64,000 nt of DNA from Eledone cirrhosa (taxonomy: Eukaryota). Below, in pieces: positions 12,085-26,643 of this stretch; position 1 is the stretch's first letter, and each line of letters opens with the position of its first letter. The notes beneath the pieces are model-generated. The model was not told where the DNA came from and ran no database searches. It worked only from the letters and a program-made list of their open reading frames with translations. The translations under genes were made by a program, and so were the position numbers. The stretch covers positions 8,494,001 through 8,558,000 of the forward strand of contig OZ024762.1 of assembly GCA_964016885.1 (NCBI GenBank), written 5' to 3'.

Positions 12085-15000
12085 TATAGTGGAGGGTGGA
12101 GAGACCCAGGAAGACTTCGGGCAAGGTGATAAAAGCTGACCTTGCCCAATTGCACCTCTCAAAGGCGAGATCTCTGGTGTTATGCAGTAATACAGAAGAC
12201 CTGACTACCCATGGGCAGAGGCATATATAGTATGCATCACCCCACCTCCACTTCACCCTACACTTCCATACATCTCCCATGAGGACAGGCTGAAGCTTTC
12301 ATCTAATGAAGCCTCCAGTCCACACTGTAAAATGGTCGTGTTGGCAACATGACAAAAAGTGCCCAACACACACTGTAAAGTGGTTGTGTAGGTGTCATGA
12401 TAAAAGCATCCATCCCACATTGTAAAGTGGTTGAGTAGGTGCCACGACAAAAAGCACCCAGTCCACACTGTAAAGTGGTTGACTAGGTGTCACGACAAAA
12501 AGCATCCATCCCACATTGTAAAGTGGTTGAGTAGGTGCCACGACAAAAAGCACCCAGTCCTCACTGTAAAGTGATTGAGTAGGTGCCACGACAAAAAGCA
12601 CCCAGTCCTCACTGTAAAGTGATTGAGTAGGTGTCACGACAAAAAGCACCCAGTCCTCACTGTAAAGTGATTGAGTAGGTGTCACGACAAAAAGCACCCA
12701 GTCCACACTGTAAAGTGATTGAGTAGGTGTCACGACAAAAAGCACCCAGTCCTCACTGTAAAGTGATTGAGTAGGTGTCACAACAAAAAGCACCCAGTCC
12801 ACACTGTAAAGTGGTTGAGTAGGTGTCACGACAAAAAGCACCCAGTCCACACTGTAAAGTGATTGAGTAGGTGTCACGACAAAAAGCACCCAGTCCTCAC
12901 TGTAAAGTGATTGAGTAGGTGTCACGACAAAAAGCACCCAGTCCACACTGTAAAGTGGTTGAGTAGGTGTCACGACAAAAAGCACCCAGTCCACACTGTA
13001 AAGTGATTGAGTAGGTGTCACGACAAAAAGCACCCAGTCCTCACTGTAAAGTGATTGAGTAGGTGTCACGACAAAAAGCACCCAGTCCACACTGTAAAGT
13101 GATTGAGTAGGTGTCACGACAAAAAGCACCTAGTCCTCACTGTAAAGTGATTGAGTAGGTGTCACGACAAAAAGCACCCAGTCCTCACTGTAAAGTGATT
13201 GAGTAGGTGTCACGACAAAAAGCACCCAGTCCTCACTGTAAAGTGATTGAGTAGGTGTCACGACAAAAAGCACCCAGTCCACACTGTAAAGTGGTTGAGT
13301 AGGTGTCACGACAAAAAGCACCCAGTCCTCACTGTAAAGTGATTGAGTAGGTGTCACGACAAAAAGCACCCAGTCCACACTGTAAAGTGATTGAGTAGGT
13401 GTCACGACAAAAAGCACCTAGTCCTCACTGTAAAGTGATTGAGTAGGTGTCATGACAAAAAGCACCCAGTCCTCACTGTAAAGTGATTGAGTAGGTGTCA
13501 CGACAAAAAGCACCCAGTCCTCACTGTAAAGTGATTGAGTAGGTGTCACGACAAAAAGCACCCAGTCCTCACTGTAAAGTGGTTGAGTAGGTGCCACGAC
13601 AAAAAGCACCCAGTCCACACTGTAAAGTGGTTGACTAGGTGTCACGACAAAAAGCATCCATCCCACATTGTAAAGTGGTTGAGTAGGTGCCACGACAAAA
13701 AGCACCCAGTCCTCACTGTAAAGTGATTGAGTAGGTGCCACGACAAAAAGCACCCAGTCCTCACTGTAAAGTGATTGAGTAGGTGTCACGACAAAAAGCA
13801 CCCAGTCCTCACTGTAAAGTGATTGAGTAGGTGTCACGACAAAAAGCACCCAGTCCACACTGTAAAGTGGTTGAGTAGGTGTCACGACAAAAAACACCCA
13901 GTCCTCACTGTAAAGTGATTGAGTAGGTGTCACAACAAAAAGCACCCAGTCCACACTGTAAAGTGGTTGAGTAGGTGTCACGACAAAAAGCACCCAGTCC
14001 ACACTGTAAAGTGATTGAGTAGGTGTCACGACAAAAAGCACCCAGTCCTCACTGTAAAGTGATTGAGTAGGTGTCACGACAAAAAGCACCCAGTCCACAC
14101 TGTAAAGTGGTTGAGTAGGTGTCACCACAAAAAGCACCCAGTCCACACTGTAAAGTGATTGAGTAGGTGTCACGACAAAAAGCACCCAGTCCTCACTGTA
14201 AAGTGATTGAGTAGGTGCCACGACAAAAAGCACCCAGTCCACACTGTAAAGTGATTGAGTAGGTGTCACGACAAAAAGCACCTAGTCCTCACTGTAAAGT
14301 GATTGAGTAGGTGTCACGACAAAAAGGCACCCAGTCCTCACTGTAAAGTGATTGAGTAGGTGTCACGACAAAAAGCACCCAGTCCTCACTGTAAAGTGAT
14401 TGAGTAGGTGTCACGACAAAAAGCACCCAGTCCACACTGTAAAGTGATTGAGTAGGTGTCACGACAAAAAGCACCCAGTCCTCACTGTAAAGTGATTGAG
14501 TAGGTGTCATGACAAAAAGCACCCAGTCCTCACTGTAAAGTGGTTGAGTAGGTGTCACGACAAAAAGCACCCAGTCCTCACTGTAAAGTGATTGAGTAGG
14601 TGTCACGACAAAAAGCACCCAGTCCTGACTGTAAAGTGGTTGAGTAGGTGTCACCACAAAAAGCACCCAGTCCTCACTGTAAAGTGATTGAGTAGGTGTC
14701 ACGACAAAAAGCACCCAGTCCTCACTGTAAAGTGATTGAGTAGGTGTCACGACAAAAAGCACCCAGTCCTCACTGTAAAGTGGTTGAGTAGGTGTCACCA
14801 CAAAAAGCACCCAGTCCTCACTGTAAAGTGATTGAGTAGGTGTCACGACAAAAAGCACCCAGTCCTCACTGTAAAGTGATTGAGTAGGTGTCACGACAAA
14901 AAGCACCCAGTCCTCACTGTAAAGTGGTTGAGTAGGTGTCACCACAAAAAGCACCCAGTCCTCACTGTAAAGTGGTTGAGTAGGTGTCACCACAAAAGGC

Positions 15001-15184
15001 ACCCAGTCCTCACTGTAAACGAGGTCGGTGTTAAGAAAGGCATCCAACTGCAGAAACCAAGCTAAAAATCAGTTCTGTATGAGCAAGACATGGTCACCTG
15101 ACCTAGCATTGCTCACAATAGGATAACTCATCTAACTCATGCTAGTATGGAAAAATGGACATTAAATGGTGATGATGATGATGA
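12085..15184 (+). mobile_element. RTE-derived element whose 3' region contains an expanded 48-bp minisatellite
   Basis: 5' part resembles an RTE ORF end (RPRKT..VIKADL). The 3' part and (GAT)n tail match copies at 2007-2355 (-), 11094-11333 and 40870-41156. Confidence 0.75.
12314..15019. repeat. 48-bp minisatellite, about 56 units
   Basis: Unit cacccagtc(c/ca)tcactgtaaagtg(a/g)ttgagtaggtg(t/c)cacgacaaaaag, with no spacers. Confidence 0.97.
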
Positions 15185-15427
15185 TATGTAAATATACATA
15201 TATATACATATACTCTCGGGTCCCAAATAATAGAGGGGACCCTAAGGCCTGGGATTCACTGACCATGTGGGCCCCTCTGTCCCTGTTCACAGATGTGGGA
15301 ATCACTGATGCCCCCTTCCCTCTGCTTAAACCAGGGATTCACTGACCATGTAACCCCCCCTACCCCACAACCCTCTGCTCAGACTTGGGAATGACTGACC
15401 CCCCCCCCACACACACACTCTCCTCAC

Positions 15428-15467
15428 CACAGGTCCATGTCAACTGGTCATCCAACCATCTTCTGAT
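15428..15467 (-). ncRNA. Candidate internal exon of a minus-strand transcript (40 nt)
   Basis: Acceptor ctctctttctctctgtcaattgttggtgatcag| and donor GTG|gtgagg. Confidence 0.45.
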
Positions 15468-15754
15468 CTGATCACCAACAATTGACAGAGAGAAAGAGAG
15501 AGAGAGGGGGGGGGGTTCTTTGGTTATTCAGGTGTCATCTGTCCTGTCAGTCCTAAAGAGATTCTCTAACTTTGGGGGTCACTGAGATTTTGGATTTGAC
15601 CCCGACATTTGAACTTTGCTGTGGAGCCCTGTGGCAGTGAAGACTTCTGGTGTCCTTGGCCTAGGGGCCACCTCCCTACTCACCATAATGGCACATAAAT
15701 AAATAGGCACTTTCCAAACACACACACACACATATAGATGTAACAGACACATAT

Positions 15755-15799
<45 letters not shown>

Positions 15800-16267
15800 A
15801 TATACACACAGATATATAGATATAACATAGAGACATATATATACATATATATGTATGTAAATATAACATACACATACCTATATATATATATATATATATA
15901 TATATAACATACACATAAAAAATATAACTGTTTCTACTTTTGGCACAAGGCCAGCAATTACCCAGTGCATTACTGGTACTTTATATTTTATCCCCCCCCC
16001 CCCCGTAAGGATGAAAGGCAAAGTTAACCTCGGTGGGATTTGAACTCAGATCATAAATAATATAACACACACACATAACACATGGTTGGTTGTGTGTGTG
16101 TGTGTGTATGTTATATCTAAGTGTGTGCATGCACATACACACATAGATATAGCAGATACACACACACACACACACACACGCATACATATTGTCAGAGCTC
16201 TCTCTTTCTCACACACACACACACACACACACGCACATATATATATATGTATACATATATATAGAGA

Positions 16268-16304
<37 letters not shown>

Positions 16305-16853
16305 AACACAACACAGCTGTAGAAGAGAGAGAGGGAGAGAGGGAGAGAGAGACAGTGTTTGGTGAGAAAACAACTTCCAACCTAAATTAATATTTTCATT
16401 AAAGAGCCCTTATTTGGTTTAAGTTTATTATTATTAGTAATATTATTATTATTATTATTATTAATAGTAGTAGTGGTGGTGGTGGTGGGGTGATGCGGGG
16501 GGGGGGGGGGGGGTTTCAGTGGTATGGGTAGTAGTAGTGGTGGTGGTGGTTGGGTGGAGGTTGTAGTGGTTGGGGTGGCTGTAGCAGTGGGGATGGGGTG
16601 GAAGTAGTAGTAGTAATGGTAGTGGTGGTGGTGGTAGTGGTAGTAGTAGTAGTGGTAATAGTAGTAGTAGTGGTGGTAGTAGTGGTGGTGGTGGTGGTAG
16701 TAGTGGTGGTGGCAGTAGTAGTAGTAGTAGTAGTAACAGCAGTAGTAGTAGTAGCAGTTGTTGTGGTGGTGGTAGTAGAAGTATTAGTAGTAGTAGTAGT
16801 AGTAGTGGCAGTAGTAGTAGTAGTGGTGGTGGCAGTAGTAGTATTGTTATTAC

Positions 16854-16906
16854 CACTGGCCCTTCACCCCAACACACACCAAGTTAGGAATGTCTAAATT
16901 GTTTAC
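16854..16906 (-). ncRNA. Candidate internal exon of a minus-strand transcript (53 nt)
   Basis: Polypyrimidine acceptor ...ctcctcagtcccttgttttttag| and donor GTG|gtaata. Confidence 0.4.
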
Positions 16907-17283
16907 CTAAAAAACAAGGGACTGAGGAGATGGAAGTAGGAGGGAGCACTAAAAGTTCTTAAAAGACCACCATACAATATTATACACATACATAGACACA
17001 CTTGTACATATATATATATATATATACATGTATGTTTGTATGTATATATATACACATACTTACACACACACATATATACTTATAAAAACACATATATGCA
17101 TACATACACAATATATATATAGACATTATATATATATGTATATAGACATATTTATATATACATATTTATATATACATATTATATATATATATGTATATAG
17201 ACATATTTATATAAACATATTATATATATATGTATATAGACATATTTATATATACATATATATACCTAGGAGATCAGATTAGC

Positions 17284-17865
17284 ATGGGAGGGGATGTTCC
17301 GAGGCCATAGTATCTAGAATAAGGACGGGTTGGAAGAAGTTTAGGGAGCTGCTTCCTCTGCTGACAAAGAAGGGTTTCTCCCTGCGTACGAAAGGCCGGT
17401 TATATGATGCCTGTGTGAGGAGCACAATGCTGCATGGTAGTGAGACATGGGCAGCAACTGCAGAGGATATGCGACGGCTGGAGAGAAATGAAGCAAGCAT
17501 GCTCCGTTGGATGTGCAATGTCAATGTGCGTGAACGACCCAGCATAAATGTGTTAGAGAGAGAAACTGTGTCTGAGGGATAGAATGTAGTGTACGGGAGA
17601 GGAGACTGTGGTGGTATGGACATGTGATGCGCATGGAGGATGACCGATGGGTGAAGAAGTGCCAGGAAATGCCAGTTGAAGGAAGACGTGGTAGAGGTAG
17701 ACCACGAAAAACATGGGCTGAGGTGGTGAGAGCAGACCTCAGATCGCTGAAGCTCACGGTGGAGATGACGAAGGACCGTGACAAGTGGAGAGATGCTGTG
17801 CTGAATAGGATCCGTCCCATCTTTGCAAGCAGGGAAAAGCGGACCTAAAATGATGATAATGATGA
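17284..17865 (+). mobile_element. RTE-clade LINE 3' fragment (family A)
   Basis: GWKKFRELLPLLT, KGRLYDACVRSTMLHGSETW, WYGHVMRM, GRRGRGRPRKTW. (ATG)n tail; frameshifted. Confidence 0.9.
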
Positions 17866-17947
17866 TATATATATATTGGGTCATCATGTATGAAATTTGT
17901 AGAAATTTGTAGAAAAATGAGTTTCTACAAATTTCATACGTGATGAC

Positions 17948-17989
<42 letters not shown>

Positions 17990-19084
17990 TGCAGGCCCTT
18001 GCATAAAAACAACATATCCTCAAATATAGATATGTGTGTGTGTCTGTTATAGGAGGAAAGAGGAAAAGGAAACTGTGAAGTGGTATACTCCTCCCACCAC
18101 CCCCACCAGGAACCTGTCTTTAAGTGTCAGGATGTCCACACAAGAACAGAACAATATATAAAGTCTGTGTTTGTCTATATGTATATATATGTCTGTGTGT
18201 GTTTGTCTCTATATATAACTATATATATGTTATTGTGTGTGTGTTTATATATATATGTGTGTGTGTTTGTCTATATATGTATATATATATATGCTTGTGT
18301 TTATATATGTGTGTGTATGTTTGTCTCTCTCTATATATATATGTGTTTGTCCATATATATGTGTATGCATATGTGTGTGTCTATATATATATATATATAC
18401 AGATGTGTGTATGCATATCTATATATATGTGTGTGTATGCATATATACATGTGTGTATATATATATATATATGTGTTTATCTCTCTATATGTGTGTGTGT
18501 ATGCATATATACATGTGTGTATGTATAATATTTATAGATATTTATATATGTGTGCATTTTTTTTAATGCCAGTGTCATTGTCCAAGCCACAAATTATGTG
18601 TGTATATATATATATATATATACATACACACATATACATGTGTTTGTTTGTATATATATATATATGTATGTGTGCTGCATTCCTACTGTGTCAGTGACCA
18701 GGAAATAAATAGTGCGATGAAAATGTTAACATGAAGAAATAAATGATAAATAAAAATAGTTTTGATATGTTCTTCAATGGCTAAAGTAACTTTCACCATG
18801 TAATTGATTGAGCTTTTATTTTGTTCAACACACTGTCTCAGATGAAGTCACATACCACACACACACACATATATATGTGTGTGTATATATATATATATAT
18901 ATATAGTAATAATGATAAATTTGAAGACTAAAATCCAAAGTATCGTCTTCCTGTCTGCCTTCGGTTGCAACGTTTTTTGAAATATTTACTTCTGCGTTCA
19001 CAGATTGATTTTTTTAGTTTCAGAAGATCCGAAGATCCCGTTAAGGGTGAAAACAGCGATTCTTTGCTTAAACTTTAATCTGTT

Positions 19085-19142
<58 letters not shown>

Positions 19143-19185
19143 CTTCTTCCTATGTGTAAAACTAATAAAACTGTTTTTGAAACTC

Positions 19186-19246
<61 letters not shown>

Positions 19247-19393
19247 TCATCATCATCATCTTCGTTTAACGTCCATCTTCCACGCTAGCATAGGTTAGAC
19301 CATATATATTGTTATAATATTACCAGAAATAATAATAATTAATCAATTAAATTAAAATGGCGTAGGCATTACAATACAACAGGAGGAAACATA

Positions 19394-19447
19394 ATAGTAC
19401 CACTGATGATGTCACAGATGTGTGACGAAAAAACTTTGATAGACTAT
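19394..19447 (+). ncRNA. Degenerate hammerhead ribozyme motif
   Basis: CTGATGA-t-GTCACA-gatg-TGTGAC-GAAA. Stem I is imperfect (atagtacca/tgatagactat) and stem III is decayed. Confidence 0.5.
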
Positions 19448-20083
19448 ATATATATTTTTAACTGTTGGTCAATCAATGATGAACTTTGATTGCCAGATAA
19501 ATTAACTATGGAGATATAAAAGATACAGAAGCGAAAACCAACCCAAACCAAAAACTAAGTGTGTTCTGTTATTATTTCTGGCAATATTATTACAATATGA
19601 CCCTCTCCAAATATATATTTCTTTTTTTACCATAAAGGCATAAAAAGAAGGGACAAATACAAAGGGGGAGTTTACATAAAATTGAGTAAAAAGGGTATAA
19701 AATGAAAATAATCGAAAACAACCTCAAAAGGGAGGGGACGTGATGGGGGTTGCACACACCCCCGAAAAAGTGTGCAATCCTTTGCCCGGGGAGCACATGG
19801 TGACCCTCTCCAAATATAACAATATATATATATATGTGTATAGACAGCTCACACCTATGCAGGTTTAACTGGCCTCCTCCAGGGTATATCTCGTTGGAGG
19901 TGTCTTGGGTGATTTAATGATAGGGACCCCAGTCCTATCATATATATATTCATTTCATTCATTTTCATTTCATTTTACGTCCGCTTTTTCCCTGCTTGCA
20001 AGGGTGGGACGGGAACCTACTACCTTAAGTATTGAGTACTCTGGTGCGTTATGGTCCATCTGGTTCCTTACCACAATTCCTTC

Positions 20084-20127
<44 letters not shown>

Positions 20128-20204
20128 ATAATAATGAAATTATTGTGTACAGTGCTCAGGTGCACTACAACTCATCAAAGGTGCATGCATAGTACATAGA
20201 ATAA

Positions 20205-20269
<65 letters not shown>

Positions 20270-20389
20270 TTATATAAAGAGATGCCGTGTGCTGAAAAGG
20301 ACCTGTCCAACCCATGCAAGTGTGGAAAAGTCGGTCGTAAAAACGAGGACGATGATGATGTTACTACAGACACAAGAAACAAGGGCTAC

Positions 20390-20505
20390 CTCTGCCCTCC
20401 TCGTTCCACCTCCCCAACACTTGGCAATTGTTTATTCTTTAAAGTAGGGGAATATTCTAGAAACCAGTTAATGGAATTGGCAGAGACATTTCACTGTTCT
20501 GTATC
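20390..20505 (-). ncRNA. Candidate internal exon of a minus-strand transcript (116 nt)
   Basis: Strong acceptor tgttttcatgtctcccctctatattttag| and donor GAG|gtagcc. Confidence 0.45.
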
Positions 20506-20577
20506 CTAAAATATAGAGGGGAGACATGAAAACATACTAGCAAGACCGTACGTAGTTAGAGGGCAATTTTATGTATA

Positions 20578-20656
20578 TACAGGATGTCCCATAAAAATGT
20601 ATACGAATCTATTAGAATACTGTTGAAGTGTGTCAACATCTTTTGGGGACACCCTG

Positions 20657-20658
<2 letters not shown>
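20578..20658. mobile_element. Short Tc1/mariner MITE (related copy at 27119-27223)
   Basis: TA-CAGG(G/A)TGTCCC...GGGACACCCTG-TA termini. Confidence 0.7.
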
Positions 20659-21519
<861 letters not shown>

Positions 21520-22052
21520 AAGACATTCCTTATATGTATAAGATCCCGTTAAGAGTGAAAGCAGCGATTCTTTGCTTAAACTTTAATCTGTTATTTTAAT
21601 AAATATATATATATATATATATAATCAATGCTTTGCTTTGCTTTATGAAAAGCTACCACAACGCATAATTTTTACTGTAAAATAATATTTCAAAATAAAG
21701 CGGAGATATAATTAAAAAAAAAAACATGTTTTAAAAAGAAAATAGAATCGCCTGCGTTGTAGTAACTTTGTATAAAGCAAAACAGTTTGAAATAGATAGA
21801 TATTACTGGTCTGCTGCTGGCAATGATGTGGAAGAGATGCCAGAAGGCAGTCGTTCTAACTCTAATCTCCACCCCTCTATATGTCTACTATCTATCTATT
21901 TCAGTCTCTATCTACCTATCTATATACCTATCTATCAATCAATCTACCTATCCACACACACACACACACATATATATATATGTATATATATATCCATCTA
22001 TATATCTATCCATATATCCATCTATGTATCTATCCATATATCCACCCCCCCC

Positions 22053-22094
<42 letters not shown>

Positions 22095-22140
22095 CACTCC
22101 CCTACACACCTTTTGAACTCTGTTCCCACACACTTCTCAC

Positions 22141-22171
22141 CTGAAGAAGGGCTTATGCCCGAAACGTCGTC
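22141..22171 (+). ncRNA. Hammerhead core of a Penelope-like terminal fragment (related decayed copy at 27885-27912)
   Basis: CTGAAGA-a-GGGC-ttat-GCCC-GAAACGTC, within a short element flanked by (TA)n on both sides. Stem I is weak. Confidence 0.55.
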
Positions 22172-22259
22172 CCCCACCTACCCCCCCCCACTCTCCTGAG
22201 CGTGAATTTAATAAACATTTATCGTACTGCCTCTCTGTTCTGTCCCTGTTCAATTTTTC

Positions 22260-22294
<35 letters not shown>

Positions 22295-22303
<9 letters not shown>

Positions 22304-22685
22304 TATAAATATTAATAAAATAGATGTTCTTTTGATCAATTACATTTTATTATACATATTTCGGATGTACAACAGTACGTCCTCATCAGACAAAATATAA
22401 TGATACATGACATACCCTGAGATGTTAAATACTACCTTGATTAAATCTTAACCATTTAACATCTCAGGGTATGTCATGTATCATTATATTTTGTCTGATG
22501 AGGACGTACTGTTGTACATCCGAAATATGTATAATAAAATGTAATTGATCAAAAGAACATCTATTTTATTAATAATTATATTCTAATATTAATAACCCCG
22601 GAAAATTACTTTACTGTAGAGTGCTTCCAATCCACTGTAAAACTCATTCTTTGATATACTCATTGAATTTTGTTTAACTCTTCAA
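22295..22685 (+). mobile_element. Penelope-like non-coding fold-back element in (TA)n
   Basis: Arms 22295-22430 and 22454-22589, 23-nt loop, then an unpaired tail of about 95 nt. Same family as 27640-27852. Confidence 0.75.
22483..22545 (+). ncRNA. Minimal type I hammerhead ribozyme (structurally intact); mirror copy on the - strand in the left palindrome arm
   Basis: Stem I attatattttgt/ataaaatgtaat (12 bp incl. G.U). CTGATGA at 22495-22501. Stem II GGAcGTAC-tgtt-GTACaTCC. GAAA at 22522-22525. Stem III ATA-tg-TAT. Predicted cleavage after AUA at 22533. Confidence 0.8.
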
Positions 22686-23142
22686 TATATATATATATCA
22701 GAAAGGTTTTTCTAACAACAAACATAAACGGGTATTATCATTACAGGTTAGCTTTGCCTTTCATCCTTACGGGGTCGATAAAATAAAGTACCAGTAATGC
22801 ACTCGGGTCGATTTAATCGACTTTCCCCTCTCTCCCCAAATTCCTGGCCTTGAGCCTATAGTAAAAACAACTATTATTACATCCGCCACCCTGTCGAATG
22901 TAATGATTACGTTTGTTTTCAGTGTTTTTTATTGTAAGTGTAGTTGTTAGGTTTGGTTAGAATATTGGAGGTGAAATACGTGTTTATCATATGATTTTCG
23001 ATGTTTCGAATGAATATGGCCTTCAAACCCACTCCGTCGTAAATTATAAGTTTCCTGTGGTTCCCCTACTTCCTGTGGTACCCAAGAACTTCATATCATC
23101 CATCCCCGAGGCGAGTGTTTAATTAAAAAAAAAAATGTTTAC

Positions 23143-23206
23143 CTTTTCTTTTAAAGTATCATCATCAAAAGAAAGAAGCGCCGCATCATACACCAGGTAA
23201 GTTCAT
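23143..23206 (-). ncRNA. Candidate internal exon of a minus-strand transcript (64 nt, stops in all three frames)
   Basis: Unique island in repeats, bounded by (gt)n-gtag| and AAG|gtaaac. Confidence 0.5.
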
Positions 23207-24224
23207 CTACACACACACACACACACACATACACACGTGCGCATACACACACACACAGATGCACACATACACACGTGCGCATACACACAGATGCACACAT
23301 ACACACGTGCGCATACATACATATAGATGCACACATACACACACACATAGATGCACACACACACACACATAGATGCTCACACACACACACGTGCGCATAC
23401 ACACACACACACACATAGATGCACACATACACACGTGCGCATACACGCACACACACATCGATGCACACACAAATTGGCCAACTTTAAAAAGAAAAACACA
23501 GCCCCGAGTTTCATCAGCCGGAATTGGGGGGACTCTAAAGTTCACAATCACACATAAGTGCAGACTCCCTCTCAAACACACACCCACTCTCTCTAACACA
23601 TACACACTCTCTCTTTCTCTTTAACACACACACCCTATCTCTCTCTCTCTCTCTCAAACACACCCCACTCTCTCTTTCTCTATAACACACACTGTCTCTC
23701 TCTCAAACACACACCCCACTCCTCTAACAAATATACACACTTTCTCTCTTTCTCTTTAACACACACACACTATCTCTTTACACATGCACACCCACATACT
23801 CTCTAATACACACACACACTATATATATATTAAATATAACCTCTACACATATATATATCTATATATATATATATAGATATATATATATATGTGTGTAGAG
23901 GTTATATTTAATTTGTTGGGATACAACAAGCAAAATATTTTTATAACTAATATAAAGCACTCAACAAATTATTGGACTAATAACTCCACTATTCAGGAGA
24001 TTCCAACCAGAATGGTTGCATTTTTTCAGGGTATGTCAATATTTATTTATAAAACTAACCTATATTATATTTTATCTGATGAAAGCGCACCATAGTTTGC
24101 CTTAATTTTCGAGATATCTCTTCTTCGGAGGGAAGTAAAGCGGTTAAACCAGTGTTCTAAATAGCTTACAAATTCAAACGTTTATACCTCATTACACAAT
24201 GCTTCAAGTGAACTATAACTTCCT

Positions 24225-24292
<68 letters not shown>

Positions 24293-24820
24293 TATAGGGT
24301 GGGTAAAATTCCCGGGATCCATGGACGAGTTCTCTCTAGCGGTCTCTGTACCTCATCATCGCTGCCATGTCCTGCGTCTCCAACAGACCAGTGTCTGTCC
24401 TTAGGGCATCAACATACGTTAACCTTGGTGCTTCCTCTTCTAGTGTGTCCATGTAGGGGCTCCCAAAGGAGCACCGAGTGCAATGTCAACTCTGGATGTC
24501 GGTGAGCATGTCCAGCTAACCTCAGTCTCCTCTGCGTCACCTTTGAGCTGACTTTTGGGATGCTCCCATACAGCTCTGAGTTTTTCATCCTCAGTGTATC
24601 CTCAATATATATATAAATACATTTTTGCTCTACGGTTCTTATATATTTGATATATATTTATCCTTATCGAGCCCTCTTTGGATTTTAGTCTTCAAATTCA
24701 TTATTATTACTTCAAATCCCGCCGAGGTTGACTTTGCCTTTCATCCTTACGGGGTCGATAAAATAAAGTACCAGTAATGCACTGTGTATTTGCTGGCCTT
24801 GTGCCTAAAGTAGAAACAAT

Positions 24821-24875
<55 letters not shown>

Positions 24876-25129
24876 AAAAGAGTCAGGACCCCGACGGCTA
24901 AGCTCCGGCCAATCCGACAGCTAGATCCGAACAACCTTAAGTATCGAGTACTCTGGTGAATTATGGTCCACCTAGTTTCATTGTTCTTATATATATATAT
25001 ATATAAAACACTACCTCCCTCATACGCTCTATCGTGCTCCCACCCTCCGTGTGGGTGTGTAAAAGCGCGTGAAGTATGTTTAAGTGGAAACACGTATGTA
25101 CACGAATACAAACAGCATAACACGTGCCA

Positions 25130-25200
<71 letters not shown>

Positions 25201-25473
25201 TATATACTCAGATGTATACACAAACACTTACATATATATATAAACATATACATAAATGTATGCACACACAAACACACACATATATATATATATATACTCA
25301 TATATATATATATATACTTATATATTTATATATATATATACTTATATATTTATATATATATATATACTTATATATATAACACGTGCCAACACACACACAT
25401 ATATATATATATATACTCAGTTGTCTACACAAACAGACATACAAATATATATAAACATATACACAGATGTATG

Positions 25474-25577
<104 letters not shown>

Positions 25578-25611
25578 TACACATACATACAAACACATAT
25601 ATAAATATATA

Positions 25612-26643
25612 CACAGTCAGACCTGGACACAATGCAGCAATGGATCACAGACTGGCAACTGAAGCTGGCTGTGGACAAGTGTACCACCATGCATTTTGGA
25701 AGGAAAAGTCCAGCGTCCACATACTCCCTCCACAACACTGACATCAAAAAGTCCTCTTGTGAACGTGACCTGGGCATTACTGTCAGCAACGATTTGCGTT
25801 GGACAAAGCATGTCTCTAAGATTGTCAAGAAGGCCGAGGGTGTCTTGGCATCACTCAGCAAGACCTTTGTTAGCCGCTCTCCAGCCATCTATTTAAAACT
25901 GTATACAGCTATGGTGCGACCACACTTGGAATTCGCATCATCAGTCTGGAACCCCTATCTTGCTCGGAACATTGACCTCCTGGAAACTGTTCAGAGACGT
26001 GCAACCAAGCGCATACCCTCCATCAGACACCTACCATACTCTGAACGCCTTGCTTCCCTGGGCATGGATTCATTGAAGCTCCGACGTCTGGCAGTGGACT
26101 TGGTGAATACCCACAAAGTTTTTAACCATCTCGCCAACTGCAACCCTGAGCGCCTCTTTGATCTCCATGTATCTAACACACGTGGACATGCCTACAAGAT
26201 AAGAAAACAGCACAGCTCCCATGACTTTCGCAGACATTTTTTCACGCTCAGAGTTGCTGAAACATGGAACAAACTGCCTGCGTCAATTGTTAGCTGCCGA
26301 GACACTGCATCCTTTAAGACACTCATGCTTCCCGAAATACGCCAAAACTACACCTGATGTGCCCCTTCCATACACATGCACACATGTGTGCACTGTTCAT
26401 TTTACTGATGTTTGTGCATTGCCCTATGTACTGTACATGCACTTTTTTGATGGGTTGTGGTGCACCTGGGCACTGTGCACAATATTTCATTATTGTTATT
26501 GTTATTATATCATGACTCATACACTGTTTATTTTCCTGACATTTGTACATTATTCTATGTACTATACATGCACCTTTGATGAGTTGTAGTGCACCTGAGC
26601 ACTGTACACAATAATTTCATTATTATTATTATTATTATTATTA
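25612..26643 (+). mobile_element. 5'-truncated CR1-clade LINE, young (open ORF 25632-26357)
   Basis: RT C-terminal motifs ERDLGI, LYTAMVRPHLEFASSVWNP, LETVQRRATK, FFTLRVAETWNKLP. 3'UTR and (ATT)n tail present. Confidence 0.93.

Noticed and set aside
12314-15047. CRISPR-like array, or a protein of DWVLFVVTPTQSLYSE repeats
   Set aside because: Units are contiguous with no unique spacers and no cas genes. The ORFs arise because 48 is divisible by 3; they are broken by stops and a frameshift.
21811-21850. Hairpin ctgctgctggca...tgccagaaggcag as a miRNA or H/ACA snoRNA
   Set aside because: Stem too short for a pre-miRNA, no convincing second hairpin/ACA arrangement, and no recognised family.
24076-24110. 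CTGATGA as a hammerhead core (also 45427-45433)
   Set aside because: No properly placed GAAA, stem III or NUH/stem I downstream.
25632-26357. Host gene of 241 aa
   Set aside because: It is the C-terminal part of a 5'-truncated CR1 ORF2 and lacks the RT catalytic core.
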